A stretch of DNA of 63,931 nucleotides, the filler included, from an uncultured bacterium (GTDB taxonomy: Bacteria; Latescibacterota; UBA2968), in the NCBI GenBank assembly GCA_964471275.1. It is 3 parts of 3 records of this genome, joined end to end, with 100 filler letters (N's around TTAATTAATTAA, not from the genome) between each part and the next. Parts side by side here need not be neighbours in the genome. Positions count along the whole stretch, not along the records: positions 22,125 to 44,085 come from CAYYGZ010000052.1; positions 44,186 to 63,931 come from CAYYGZ010000065.1; 1 more part is not named here. One strand, 5' to 3'. Shown here in pieces: positions 38,930 to 48,154 of the stretch. The notes beneath the pieces are model-generated. The model made no database searches and had not been told where the DNA came from. It saw nothing but the letters and a program-made list of their open reading frames with translations. A program made the translations under genes and the position numbers. Position 1 is the stretch's first letter. Each line of letters starts with the position of its first letter.

Positions 38930-39712
38930 ATGAAACGAATCGTCATCGGTACCGACATGGAAGGCTGTGCGGGAACCGTTTCCCTCCCCGATCAGGCTCG
39001 GGCGGACGGCCGCTACTACGAAGAGGCGCGACGCATTGCGACTCAAGAATTCAACGCCGCCGTCGAAGGCCTCCTGGATGCGGGGGTGGAAGACATTCTG
39101 ATGCTTGACGGACACGGCCCCGGGGCGGTCTCCTTCGTCGATCTGCATCCGGCGGCCAAACTCCTCCACGGACGACCAGCTGCCCCAACCTCTGTTCGCG
39201 ATCCGATTCTGAAGGAGTATGATGCCTGCGTGATGATCGGGCAGCACGCGATGGCCGGGATCCGCACAAGTAATCAGAACCACACCCAGAATGGACGTAC
39301 TATCGATTACTACAAGCTGAACGGGAACAGGATCGGTGAGATCGCTCAGTTCTCACTTTACAACGGCGCGCTCGGGCTCCCGATGTTCTTCCTGAGCGGC
39401 GAGGATATGGCCTGTCGCGAAGCGGAGAAATTGATTCCCGGTGTATCGACCGTATCTGTCAAGACTGGCCTGGGCAGGAGTNNNNNNNNNNAAGCGCACA
39501 GACGAATTCGAGAAGGGATTGCAAGAGCTGTCGAGAAACAGAGAAAGGAGCCGATCCCTCCTTTTGAGATTCCCGGTCCCTACGAGCTTGAAAAACGCTT
39601 CCACTTCACCGACGAAGCCGATGCCTCTGCGGGTCAGCCGGGCGCGGAACGAATTGACGACCAGACCGTCGGATTCCACTCCGATGACATTCAGGAGATT
39701 ATCTACAAGTAA
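38930..39712 (+). CDS. dppA: M55 D-aminopeptidase family (contains a 10-N gap at 39482-39491)
   Basis: TDMEG, DGHG, GQHAMAG, HT, IGE, SGED. Confidence 0.85.
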   Translation: MKRIVIGTDMEGCAGTVSLPDQARADGRYYEEARRIATQEFNAAVEGLLDAGVEDILMLDGHGPGAVSFVDLHPAAKLLHGRPAAPTSVRDPILKEYDACVMIGQHAMAGIRTSNQNHTQNGRTIDYYKLNGNRIGEIAQFSLYNGALGLPMFFLSGEDMACREAEKLIPGVSTVSVKTGLGRSXXXXAHRRIREGIARAVEKQRKEPIPPFEIPGPYELEKRFHFTDEADASAGQPGAERIDDQTVGFHSDDIQEIIYK

Positions 39713-39768
39713 GGACGGGATCTGATCCCGCGCTCAGGCGTTCCCAAAGGTGAGGAGGAGGTCTTGAA

Positions 39769-40017
39769 ATGCACACACGCCACAGACTCTATCTCACTTG
39801 CGTTGCAGGACTGTCATTCTTCTGCCCCGTCGACCTTGCACCCGCAGATGGTTTGCCTCGGAGCCACTTGTATCCGCTGGAAGAGCCGACTCATCCGGCA
39901 TCAGAGGTCTCGAGAACGGTCTGGAAGATGGATCCGATGCCTGTCCATTCAGGTCGACCAGGCGTTGAATACGCACTGACGATCGTAACCCCGGATTCAT
40001 CAATCGACTACCAGTAG
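39769..40017 (+). CDS. Small exported hypothetical protein, possibly truncated
   Basis: GAGGAGGAG SD; signal-peptide-like N-terminus. Confidence 0.45.
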   Translation: MHTRHRLYLTCVAGLSFFCPVDLAPADGLPRSHLYPLEEPTHPASEVSRTVWKMDPMPVHSGRPGVEYALTIVTPDSSIDYQ

Positions 40018-40067
40018 ATTCAACAAATCCATTAAACTTCTGTTATTATTTATGTTGTCTATATATA

Positions 40068-40091
40068 CATATATCCTTATAAGGATATATG
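40068..40091. promoter_or_regulatory. Perfect 24-bp palindrome CATATATCCTTATAAGGATATATG over the RBS and first ATG
   Basis: Self-complementary at all 24 positions; lies in an AT-rich patch at 40020-40100. Confidence 0.8.
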
Positions 40092-41207
40092 GTCTTAATG
40101 TCTGTAGACAAAACGTCCATCTTGAAAGCCACCATTGCCGACCACTCAGCCGAGTCGGGCTGTGTTGTCTGCCTCGCACTCGACGGGCTCGACAGCTTTC
40201 GCAGAGAATACGGCTATGTGCTGGGCGATCAGGTTCTGAACCACGTGGAATCAGTCGCCTCAGAGGTCCTTGAGGCCGTTCTCCTGATCCGGACTGAGGA
40301 CGACCAGTTCCTGGCACTGATCGTTGCCGGGAGAGACGGGACCCAGGCTCGAACAGATCATCTGCGACAGAGAATCGCTGGTAGCAGGCTTCGTTTCACT
40401 GTTGATGGGAACCAGATTGCCCATTCGATGACGATTTCCGCAGGGATCGCACCCTACGATTCCCCGGCTCCCCCTCTCTCAGACCTGCTGAGCCATTCAA
40501 CGATGGCCTGTGTCAGTGCCCGGCAGCAGACAGATTCTGTTGTAGTCTACGCGGACAGGGACAATCTGACCGGCCTTCCGACAGGACGGGCCCTGGCGGC
40601 CTTGCTCGAGGACACAATCGCTGGAGCCTCCCCAGAAAAGCCCATATCCGTGCTGCAGTTGGACATCGATGGATTCGGTGCATACAACGAGGGGGCCGGT
40701 CGTGATGCCGGTGATCGCCTGCTGGTGGCTCTTGCCAGCGAGTTCTCTGGAATCTCTGGGGACACTGGAACGGTAGGCAGACTCTGGGCAGACGAGTTCC
40801 TGGTCATTCTGCCCGGATGCCGGGCGGAGGATGCAGCGTACCGGGCCGAGGCGGCTCGACGCACGCTTGCCGAGTCTACTGGCTCTCTCGGAGAGATTTC
40901 GCTCAGCATCGGTGTAGCGACCTATCCGAGGCACGCGGCGGATGCCTGGGAGCTCGTGCGCAAAGGAAGAGAAGCCCGCTTTCAAAGCCGTGAGAGCGGA
41001 GGAGGGCGTACGACCGTAGCCGAAGCCGACCAGATGGTTACGAAGACGAGTCACTTCAGTAGAATACAGCTCAAACGGCTGGCGGCGCTGGCGCGCGCTC
41101 AGGACCGATCGGAGGCCGCCATCCTGCGCGAAGGTCTCGATGGGCTGCTTCAGTTGTATGATGACGGTGCACCAGAGCCGTTATCCCTCCGGCATCCACT
41201 CGAATAG
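40089..41207 (+). CDS. Tandem degenerate GGDEF domains fused to a C-terminal ribbon-helix-helix domain
   Basis: Domain 1 TEDDQF; domain 2 DNLTGL, LDIDGF..YN...G...GD, RLWADEF, SIGVA; tail KTSHFSRIQLKRLAALA...SEAAILREGLDGLL. Confidence 0.85.
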   Translation: MVLMSVDKTSILKATIADHSAESGCVVCLALDGLDSFRREYGYVLGDQVLNHVESVASEVLEAVLLIRTEDDQFLALIVAGRDGTQARTDHLRQRIAGSRLRFTVDGNQIAHSMTISAGIAPYDSPAPPLSDLLSHSTMACVSARQQTDSVVVYADRDNLTGLPTGRALAALLEDTIAGASPEKPISVLQLDIDGFGAYNEGAGRDAGDRLLVALASEFSGISGDTGTVGRLWADEFLVILPGCRAEDAAYRAEAARRTLAESTGSLGEISLSIGVATYPRHAADAWELVRKGREARFQSRESGGGRTTVAEADQMVTKTSHFSRIQLKRLAALARAQDRSEAAILREGLDGLLQLYDDGAPEPLSLRHPLE

Positions 41208-41642
41208 CTGGTAGTGGTCCCCATCCATCCCGAGCGCTTTGTAAGCATTCTGTGCCAGCGTGTTGTCCCGGTGCACATACAATCGCAGGCCCTTCAGATT
41301 GCTGTCCGTCTCGACCATCTGTCTCAGGTAGACATAGAGTTGCTTGAACACGCCCTTCCGTCTTGCGTCCTGAGTGACATAGAGCGAGTGAATCCAGATA
41401 ACCTCTCCGTTTCGCCAATCGCTCCATTCCCGCACCGTCAGCAGACAGCCTACGGGTTCTTCGTCAAGTTCGGCAATCAGATATTCACCCTTGAGTGGAT
41501 CGATTAGAGCAGCTCTGACGCCCTGCTCGAGAACGTCGGCAGCAAGCGAAACTCCTTCTGCTTCGTTCGCCATCTGCTGCTGAAAGGTAGCAATCAGCGT
41601 CTGATCTTCCAGAACAGCCGGTCTTACGTTTATCATTGCCAT
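41181..41642 (-). CDS. GNAT N-acetyltransferase
   Basis: EWSDWRNG..WIHSLYV...RRKGVF...LRLYV..DN..AQ..Y..LGM. Confidence 0.92.
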   Translation of the reverse strand: MAMINVRPAVLEDQTLIATFQQQMANEAEGVSLAADVLEQGVRAALIDPLKGEYLIAELDEEPVGCLLTVREWSDWRNGEVIWIHSLYVTQDARRKGVFKQLYVYLRQMVETDSNLKGLRLYVHRDNTLAQNAYKALGMDGDHYQLFEWMPEG

Positions 41643-42571
41643 CCTCTGGCTAAAGAACTTCCTACACGTTCACGCCACTCCGCGACCATTCCTTCGAGAT
41701 CTCTCAAGATTCGAAGGTCACGTTCGTCGAAAGTGGCACTCTTGGCTCGACAGTCAGATCGAATGGGCAGCCCTGACCTACTCAGGAACAGCTTCGCCGA
41801 TACCGGATAGTCTACCCCGATCGCCCGTTCAGCGACACTCAGAAACCGATGCAAGCGGCGCGCTGTCTCTGGTTCCTTGTCAAAATGCTCACAAAGCCAG
41901 ACATACAGGTCAGCATAGAAATTTCCCGAAATCCCACAGAACCCATCTCCCCCGTTCTCCAGGGTCGTCCACAGCGTCGCTGCACAGGCATCGTAGAACT
42001 GCAACGACGTCCCCCGCGACTCCTGAATCTTCCCGACGATATCGTCCTCACGACAAGACGTGTCTTTCGTAAAGTCGAACCTTCCCGTCTCCGCACACCA
42101 ACCAAGTGTTTCTGTCGTAAGCAGCCGATGATAGGGTCGGGGACATTCATACAGACCCAACCGAACGTCCCCAGTCCTCGTCAGCATCTGCTCAACGTTC
42201 AACCGCCAAACCGACTCATCCTCGCCATCGTGAGCCATCTGCGAAACAATCACCACCACACCGTCAACACCCGTTTCAGACATCCGCACGATGGATGCGC
42301 CCTGGGCTTCTGTGTCTCCCCCAAATGTCCCTGACGCGAACACCGGCACACGGCCAGCCGTGCGATCTACGACCCGTTTAGCGATCGCTATCCGCTCCTC
42401 ATCTGTCAGATCGTACATCTCACTGGACAAGCAGACAGAAAAAAGTCCCGACACGCCGCAGTTTATATACCATTCAGTCAACGAATCCAGTCCATCCAGA
42501 TCGACAGACCCCGACTCGGTGAAAGGCGTCAGCATAACCGGCCAGACACCCGCCTGTGAGGTTTCAGTCAC
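41633..42571 (-). CDS. Dihydrodipicolinate synthase/aldolase family protein
   Basis: GVWPVMLTPF, CLSSEM, LYECPRPY, KDTSC. Confidence 0.9.
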   Translation of the reverse strand: MTETSQAGVWPVMLTPFTESGSVDLDGLDSLTEWYINCGVSGLFSVCLSSEMYDLTDEERIAIAKRVVDRTAGRVPVFASGTFGGDTEAQGASIVRMSETGVDGVVVIVSQMAHDGEDESVWRLNVEQMLTRTGDVRLGLYECPRPYHRLLTTETLGWCAETGRFDFTKDTSCREDDIVGKIQESRGTSLQFYDACAATLWTTLENGGDGFCGISGNFYADLYVWLCEHFDKEPETARRLHRFLSVAERAIGVDYPVSAKLFLSRSGLPIRSDCRAKSATFDERDLRILRDLEGMVAEWRERVGSSLARGWQ

Positions 42572-42582
42572 AATTGCGTCCT

Positions 42583-42960
42583 ATGCGAAATAAACCAGGT
42601 ATCAAAACATTGATCTCTCGAGGTCTCAGAAAACGATGTCCCCGGTGTGGCGAAGGTGAAATCTTCCGCCGCTGGCACGAAGTGCGTCCTCATTGCGAAT
42701 CCTGTGGTCTGGAACTGCAGGACAGGGAGGGTGATTGCTGGGGATTCATGTATGTTAGCACGGCTGTGTTAACTGGCCTCTTCTTCATCGCAATGCTGCT
42801 CTACCGGCCGCCAAGCCTCCTGGTTGCCCGCTTCGCCCTATTCGGTGCTGGTCTCGCTCTGATCGGTCTTACCTTACCTTATCGAAAATCGCTCGCCCTG
42901 GGCCTGGACTACCTAGCTGATCCAACTGATAACTCCGTCCCATCAGGTCATTCGGAGTAA
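42583..42960 (+). CDS. DUF983 family membrane protein
   Basis: RGLRKRCPRCGEG.IF...CESCG plus two TM helices. Confidence 0.85.
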   Translation: MRNKPGIKTLISRGLRKRCPRCGEGEIFRRWHEVRPHCESCGLELQDREGDCWGFMYVSTAVLTGLFFIAMLLYRPPSLLVARFALFGAGLALIGLTLPYRKSLALGLDYLADPTDNSVPSGHSE

Positions 42961-43917
42961 CATCTCCGCCGTTACCTCATGCTTCGGGCACTCCCCCTCG
43001 CACACCAGACGAATGTCTTCTACCAGACTCTTGCTCTGCCTGATCTGTCGGTCGTATGTCAATCCCCCCCCGTGAGGCGTTAGAATGACATTGTCTAGTC
43101 CCCGCAGGGGATGTTCAGCATCAAGGGGCTCCTTCCAGAATACGTTCAGAGCTGCACGAATCCGACCGGACACGAGTTCAGAAACCGTTGCATCCTCGTC
43201 GAGAATACCTGCGCGAGCAGTGTTGACCAGCAACGCATTATCCGGCATCAGGGCCAGTTCACGCCAGCCGAGCATTCCGCGCGTATCTACGGTCATGCCC
43301 GCGTGAATCGACACGACCTCCGATCGACTCAGAAGCGCATCCAGACTCACTGAATTGACCGAAGACCCGCTGAAGTCCCCGTAAGGATCGTAGGCTGTGA
43401 TGTCACAATGGAAGGGAGCGAGGAGCTCCGAAACCCGTCGTCCGATCCCGCCAAAACCCACAAGCCCGACCTTGCGCCCTCCCAGATCCAGCGGCGATCT
43501 TGCCCTTCCCCACCCCTCGTCGCGCAAGGCCGATATCATATGCGGAATATCTCGTAGCCCGCATAGCATCATCGCCACGGTGAACTCAGCGACTGACTCA
43601 GCCATCGCCCACCCTGCATTGAACAACGTTATACCTTTCTCCATCAGATACTCGGGCTCTGCTCGCCCCACGGCTCCGCCAACAACACCCACCGCCAGTA
43701 ACTCACCAGCCGCATCGATGATTTCGCGCGTCAGTCCGCCGCCGCTTCGACCAACGATGGCGATGTCCGTCGCGTAAACAGCTTCAACCTTCTCCTCATC
43801 CGTTGGCCGTCGCTGCTCCGGATTCTGGTTCACCTCTGCGAAATCCCTTACCTGCGCACGATACGCCGGCAAAAACTCCGCATCATCTTCCTTCAACGAA
43901 ATGTAAACCTTCGGCAT
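42943..43917 (-). CDS. D-isomer-specific 2-hydroxyacid dehydrogenase
   Basis: SVAEF, GLVGFGGIG, VNTARA, LTPH. Confidence 0.92.
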   Translation of the reverse strand: MPKVYISLKEDDAEFLPAYRAQVRDFAEVNQNPEQRRPTDEEKVEAVYATDIAIVGRSGGGLTREIIDAAGELLAVGVVGGAVGRAEPEYLMEKGITLFNAGWAMAESVAEFTVAMMLCGLRDIPHMISALRDEGWGRARSPLDLGGRKVGLVGFGGIGRRVSELLAPFHCDITAYDPYGDFSGSSVNSVSLDALLSRSEVVSIHAGMTVDTRGMLGWRELALMPDNALLVNTARAGILDEDATVSELVSGRIRAALNVFWKEPLDAEHPLRGLDNVILTPHGGGLTYDRQIRQSKSLVEDIRLVCEGECPKHEVTAEMLLRMT

Positions 43918-44085
43918 CTCCCCAGTCTTCCTGTTTGTGGAATCCCCTGCTTCTCCCACAGGCACGCCTTCACACTAGGGAGCGCGTCATAACATCTCCC
44001 ACACCCCAAAACCCCCCCCCCCAAAACCCACCCGCGCGCCCCGGAGTAAACCCGAAAAGTCCCCCCATAAAAACCCACCCGAAAC

Positions 44086-44185
44086 NNNNNNNNNNNNNNN
44101 NNNNNNNNNNNNNNNNNNNNNNNNNNNNNTTAATTAATTAANNNNNNNNNNNNNNNNNNNNNNNNNNNNNNNNNNNNNNNNNNNN
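44086..44185. other. Artificial contig-joining linker
   Basis: Same N44-TTAATTAATTAA-N44 spacer. Confidence 0.98.
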
Positions 44186-44280
44186 ATCGCACCTTGATAC
44201 AACATCAGGATCAATTTGCCGGGCGATGCCGTGCTGATCTGCACCTGGCGATACTGACCGTAAACATTCGCTTGAGCCAT
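44186..44280 (-). CDS. fliS: Flagellin chaperone FliS, 5' fragment
   Basis: MAQANVYGQYRQVQISTASPGKLILMLYQGA; GAGGA SD; follows fliD. Confidence 0.92.
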
Positions 44281-44345
44281 AGGTCCTCGTCTGTTGGGTT
44301 ATGGGATGGCTGTCAGCCTATGCTGCCTGCCGGGAGTAGTGCGGA

Positions 44346-47300
44346 CTACCCGCCGGTCGTGGCCGCGAGAGAGGCGAGCTGCGACCCGAGGAATGATCCC
44401 ATCGAGTTCAGTTCTGCCAGGGTGGTTTCCATCACAGTAAACTGACGCTGTAACATGCTCTGCTTGAGTTTCAGTCGTTCCAGAAGTCGATCAATCTGTT
44501 CATTGTTGGCCTCGATTGTGGCCTCGATCGCACCCTCGCGAGTAGCGATCATACCGTCGAGCGGGTCTGTCATCGATGCGAGCGTCCGGCTCAGCTGATT
44601 GGCCACGCCCTGAACGACCTGCACCGTTCCCTGATCCTGGCCCTGTGCGATCAGCTGAGCGGGGGTGAGAGTCACCCGGATCGCGAGACCGTCTGTGTTT
44701 GAATTGTCGGCGTCACCGGTCAGTACGCGGCCATCACCCGTGGCGGCTTCACCGTTGATCGTCCCGGCAACATCCACACCGAGATACTCGGCGTTCGTAA
44801 TCCCGAGTTCATCGACCGATTGGCTGATCGTGAACCCAGCGTCGGATCCGTAGGCATCCGAGGTCAGGTGAATCGCGCCACTCTCGTTTGTTGCCGTGAT
44901 CGACATCGCGAAACGACCTTCTTCTGTCGTGTCAAATTGACCGAAATCGAGGCCTCCGCCCCCTTCGTTCCGTTCCATCAGGACCAGAGTTATGGAACTG
45001 TTCCCGATGTCGCTGTCGGTCACCTGAATCTGTCCGTTCGCGTCTACGGAGGTCGACACGCTGCCGCCGAAGACACTTCTGATCTCTGAAAGCAGGTCGT
45101 CCATCGTCTGCGTGGTTGGATCTGTGATCGTAAAGGTTCCGGTTACACGCTCGCCAGTATGTGTGTCTGCCTGGATATCGATCGTGTCACCGGCGATCAC
45201 GCCCGCGCCATTGATGCCGTCGAACGTCATTGCTGCCGTGACCGGTGTGATACCGTCTGTCGTGTTCACGACCGATCCCGTTTTCACTTCGGCGACGTTG
45301 GATGCCAGGACCGTGTTGATCTTGTCGACCACCTCATCAGTCGTGTCGCCCGTCAGGAGATCGATCGTGTCAGACTTGCCCGATATGGCTTCGGTGATCG
45401 TGACAGTCGTGTCGCTGGCGATTCCGGTGGAGATATCCGTAGTCCCCGTGATGTCGCCCTGTTCAGGCGCGGCCGTAATGTCGATATCGTAGGTGCCTGC
45501 CACCGTGTCTGCGGTCTGAAAGACATACTCGATATCCGTATCTGAGGTCGAGCCGCTCTCCGACAACACGTTCTTGATTTTGGTCAGATCGTTGGCCAGG
45601 GCCGCATCCAGTGTCGTGCTGTCAATCTCCAGCAAACCATCGCGGTTGAACGAGACTCCGAACAACGTGAGCGAATTCTCATCAGACGCCAGACCCGTAA
45701 CCGGATCGAGGACGAGCGAGCGCAGCTGAGATTGCAACGTAAGTAGCGTGGCATCGCCCGAAAGCGGTCCGGATGTCTGAAGCTCCTCGTTAAAAACGAA
45801 CTGGTCGCTGATCAATGAGGAGGCAGTATTGAAGTTGTCTACCAGTGACTGGATTGACCCCTTTATCGAAGATGTATCCTGTGCGACGTTTATCGAGACA
45901 TTCGTTCCAGCCTCAGCATTCACGAGGCTGAGCGTCACACCCTCGAGCGCATCCGTCACCGTGTTCGTCGACCGAGTCAGGGAAACGCCGTTCACGCGAA
46001 ACACGGCGTCCTGTCCAGCTACGACCTCTGTCATCTGTGTGTTCTGGCCCTCGATTGACGCGGCGAAGGCGCCAAAGGTCAAAGCGCCGCCACTTTCGTT
46101 GTTGGCCGCCAGCGAAATCGACAACTGGCTGTCACCGGCCGTGTCATCAGTCAACTCGATCTGGCCCTGGCTGTTGACGGATGCCGTCGCGGCGCCGCCG
46201 AAAACCGTTTCCATCTCATCCAGCATATCCTGAATGTCATCGTTGTTGACGTTGTTGATCGTAAAGGTTCCCGAGACCGAGTTGCCGTCACGGTCCGTAC
46301 CCGTGATCGTAATCGTGTCACCATTCGACGCGGAGGCGCCGAAGATATCGACGAAATTCGAATTCGCATCGATCGGATCAGAGCCATTCGTCGTGTTCCC
46401 TACGCTGGCCGCCTGAACCTCGGTAACTGCGGACGTCACCCCCGAAATTCCCTCGAGGAGTCCGATCGCCTCCAGAACATTGTTGTCGTCCAGAAAAGTT
46501 GTTGTACCCTCGATCTGGAGTCGGAAGCTGGTCGTCCCGTCCTCTTCCTCTTCATTCACTATAGACGTCGTCACGCCATCCGGATTGGCCGCATCGATGG
46601 CATCCTTGATATCGCTCAATGACATAGTCGACAGATCAATGGACACGTTCTTGTTGCCAATCGTGACGGTCCCACTCAACCCACTTGGCAGCCCGATCAG
46701 AGTGCCCACATCGGTCGTCCCGCTCAACAGCTTGTCCGTTTGGCCGCCGCCGGAAACGCTGTTCTTGATTGAGGTTCCCGAACCCATAAACCCGAGGGAC
46801 TGCAGGATGTCTGTCATGCTCGCGTCAAGCAGCGAGAACCCCTCGGACCCGGTAGACGTGCTCGTCAGGATCATCCGGTTATCCGTACCGGAAACCGACA
46901 GAATCTGTGCCGCCACGCCGACATCGGCTGCGTTGATCGCGCCCTGGATATCAACGAGCGAGTCACCAGCAGAGATCGAAATCGTCTGACCGTTGATCAC
47001 AAACTCCCCGGCGAGGCCCAGATCCTCCGATGCGGAGGAGAATGACTGGGAGGACCTGCTCTGCGCCTGGGCAAGGCTGAGCACCTCGACCGAAAACGAG
47101 CCGGGCGAGGCTGAACCGCTGACCGATGCGGAAACAAGGTCGGTGTCGCTGGAGTTTGTCGAGAACGCGTCGAAGGCAGACCCGTCCGAGAGGACGTCTG
47201 CGCTTGTCTTGACGGCAAGCATGTCCGTGTTGATCTGCTGTAGAACCTGGAGTTTGAGCTCCTCGATCGCATTCTGGTTCTTCAGAAGAACGGCAGGGCG

Positions 47301-47384
47301 CCGATCGATCGCGATCAACTGCTCAATAATCTGTCCTGAATCGATGCCGGACGACAGTCCGGCAAACGAGACACCGGTACTCAT
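44346..47384 (-). CDS. fliD: Flagellar filament cap FliD, very large (1012 aa)
   Basis: SFAGLSSGIDS..IIEQL, VAGQDA.FRVNG..LTRSTNTVTD, QFTVMETTLAELNS; GGAGG SD. Confidence 0.95.
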   Translation of the reverse strand: MSTGVSFAGLSSGIDSGQIIEQLIAIDRRPAVLLKNQNAIEELKLQVLQQINTDMLAVKTSADVLSDGSAFDAFSTNSSDTDLVSASVSGSASPGSFSVEVLSLAQAQSRSSQSFSSASEDLGLAGEFVINGQTISISAGDSLVDIQGAINAADVGVAAQILSVSGTDNRMILTSTSTGSEGFSLLDASMTDILQSLGFMGSGTSIKNSVSGGGQTDKLLSGTTDVGTLIGLPSGLSGTVTIGNKNVSIDLSTMSLSDIKDAIDAANPDGVTTSIVNEEEEDGTTSFRLQIEGTTTFLDDNNVLEAIGLLEGISGVTSAVTEVQAASVGNTTNGSDPIDANSNFVDIFGASASNGDTITITGTDRDGNSVSGTFTINNVNNDDIQDMLDEMETVFGGAATASVNSQGQIELTDDTAGDSQLSISLAANNESGGALTFGAFAASIEGQNTQMTEVVAGQDAVFRVNGVSLTRSTNTVTDALEGVTLSLVNAEAGTNVSINVAQDTSSIKGSIQSLVDNFNTASSLISDQFVFNEELQTSGPLSGDATLLTLQSQLRSLVLDPVTGLASDENSLTLFGVSFNRDGLLEIDSTTLDAALANDLTKIKNVLSESGSTSDTDIEYVFQTADTVAGTYDIDITAAPEQGDITGTTDISTGIASDTTVTITEAISGKSDTIDLLTGDTTDEVVDKINTVLASNVAEVKTGSVVNTTDGITPVTAAMTFDGINGAGVIAGDTIDIQADTHTGERVTGTFTITDPTTQTMDDLLSEIRSVFGGSVSTSVDANGQIQVTDSDIGNSSITLVLMERNEGGGGLDFGQFDTTEEGRFAMSITATNESGAIHLTSDAYGSDAGFTISQSVDELGITNAEYLGVDVAGTINGEAATGDGRVLTGDADNSNTDGLAIRVTLTPAQLIAQGQDQGTVQVVQGVANQLSRTLASMTDPLDGMIATREGAIEATIEANNEQIDRLLERLKLKQSMLQRQFTVMETTLAELNSMGSFLGSQLASLAATTGG

Positions 47385-47485
47385 AGTACCTCCAACGGCA
47401 AGCGGTATCGGCGAAGATGCATTCCCATTAGCAATCGCATCCTCCGCAATTGCCACATCTCCTTGGATTGAAGCCTTCTATCTTC

Positions 47486-47512
47486 CTATCGTCAGAACTT
47501 CTGAAACCTTAA
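47486..47512 (-). promoter_or_regulatory. Sigma28 (FliA) promoter for fliD-fliS
   Basis: TTAA-N15-GACGATAG versus consensus TAAA-N15-GCCGATAA. Confidence 0.65.
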
Positions 47513-47685
47513 TGGCAAATCTGGTTTTTCGAGAGAGGCGGGGGGGGGGTCAAGTTCTGTACAGCGTAAAGCGGACAGTTCGCCTGAGTGGGTACCGAAT
47601 CCCGCGAATGCCCGCCGCCTCCATGCAGCGCGTGGTGGCTAAGAGCTAGCATCCTGCCCGCTCTCACCATCTGAAGATTTATTGG

Positions 47686-48033
47686 TCAGGCGATGTCGTT
47701 GACAAACAGCCCGACGATTTTTTCGATTCTCTCCTCGACCTCCAAGACTTGTTCGGCCGGAATCTGACGAACGACTTCTCCCGTACTGGAATCAGTCACT
47801 TTTACGAAGAGCTTACCTGAATCCTCGTGTACAGAGACCGCGAGATCGCGGTTGATGGATTCCAGGCCCTGATTGAGACGATCCGCGGCCGACTTAACTT
47901 CAACTCGGCTGGGTGGAAGCTGACTCTCCTGGACCCTCGTCTCCTCATCCATTCGATCGGAGGCCAGAGAGGAACCTTCGGCTCGCGGCAAACGCGGCGA
48001 GACTCTCGGCAAGGCACTGAGTGCGATTTTCAT
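47686..48033 (-). CDS. flaG: Flagellar protein FlaG
   Basis: VHEDSGKLFVKVTD..TGEVVRQIP.E....GLFVN. Confidence 0.92.
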   Translation of the reverse strand: MKIALSALPRVSPRLPRAEGSSLASDRMDEETRVQESQLPPSRVEVKSAADRLNQGLESINRDLAVSVHEDSGKLFVKVTDSSTGEVVRQIPAEQVLEVEERIEKIVGLFVNDIA

Positions 48034-48080
48034 GTCCCTTTACCTCGCTAGACTTTCTTCAAAACTGCTGCGTATCGATC

Positions 48081-48125
48081 AAGCTCTGAGAATCACGGCG
48101 AGTCTTGCCACGATTCTCAGAGCTT
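48081..48125 (-). terminator. Strong hairpin between flagellin 1 and flaG (attenuator or 3' stabiliser)
   Basis: AAGCTCTGAGAATC...GATTCTCAGAGCTT, 14-bp arms; no clear U-tract. Confidence 0.6.
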
Positions 48126-48154
48126 CGAGATAGACTTCACTAGAATCGCTGCGA

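Noticed and set aside
43985..44085. C/A-rich low-complexity stretch
   Set aside because: Abuts a contig end and looks like degraded read tail
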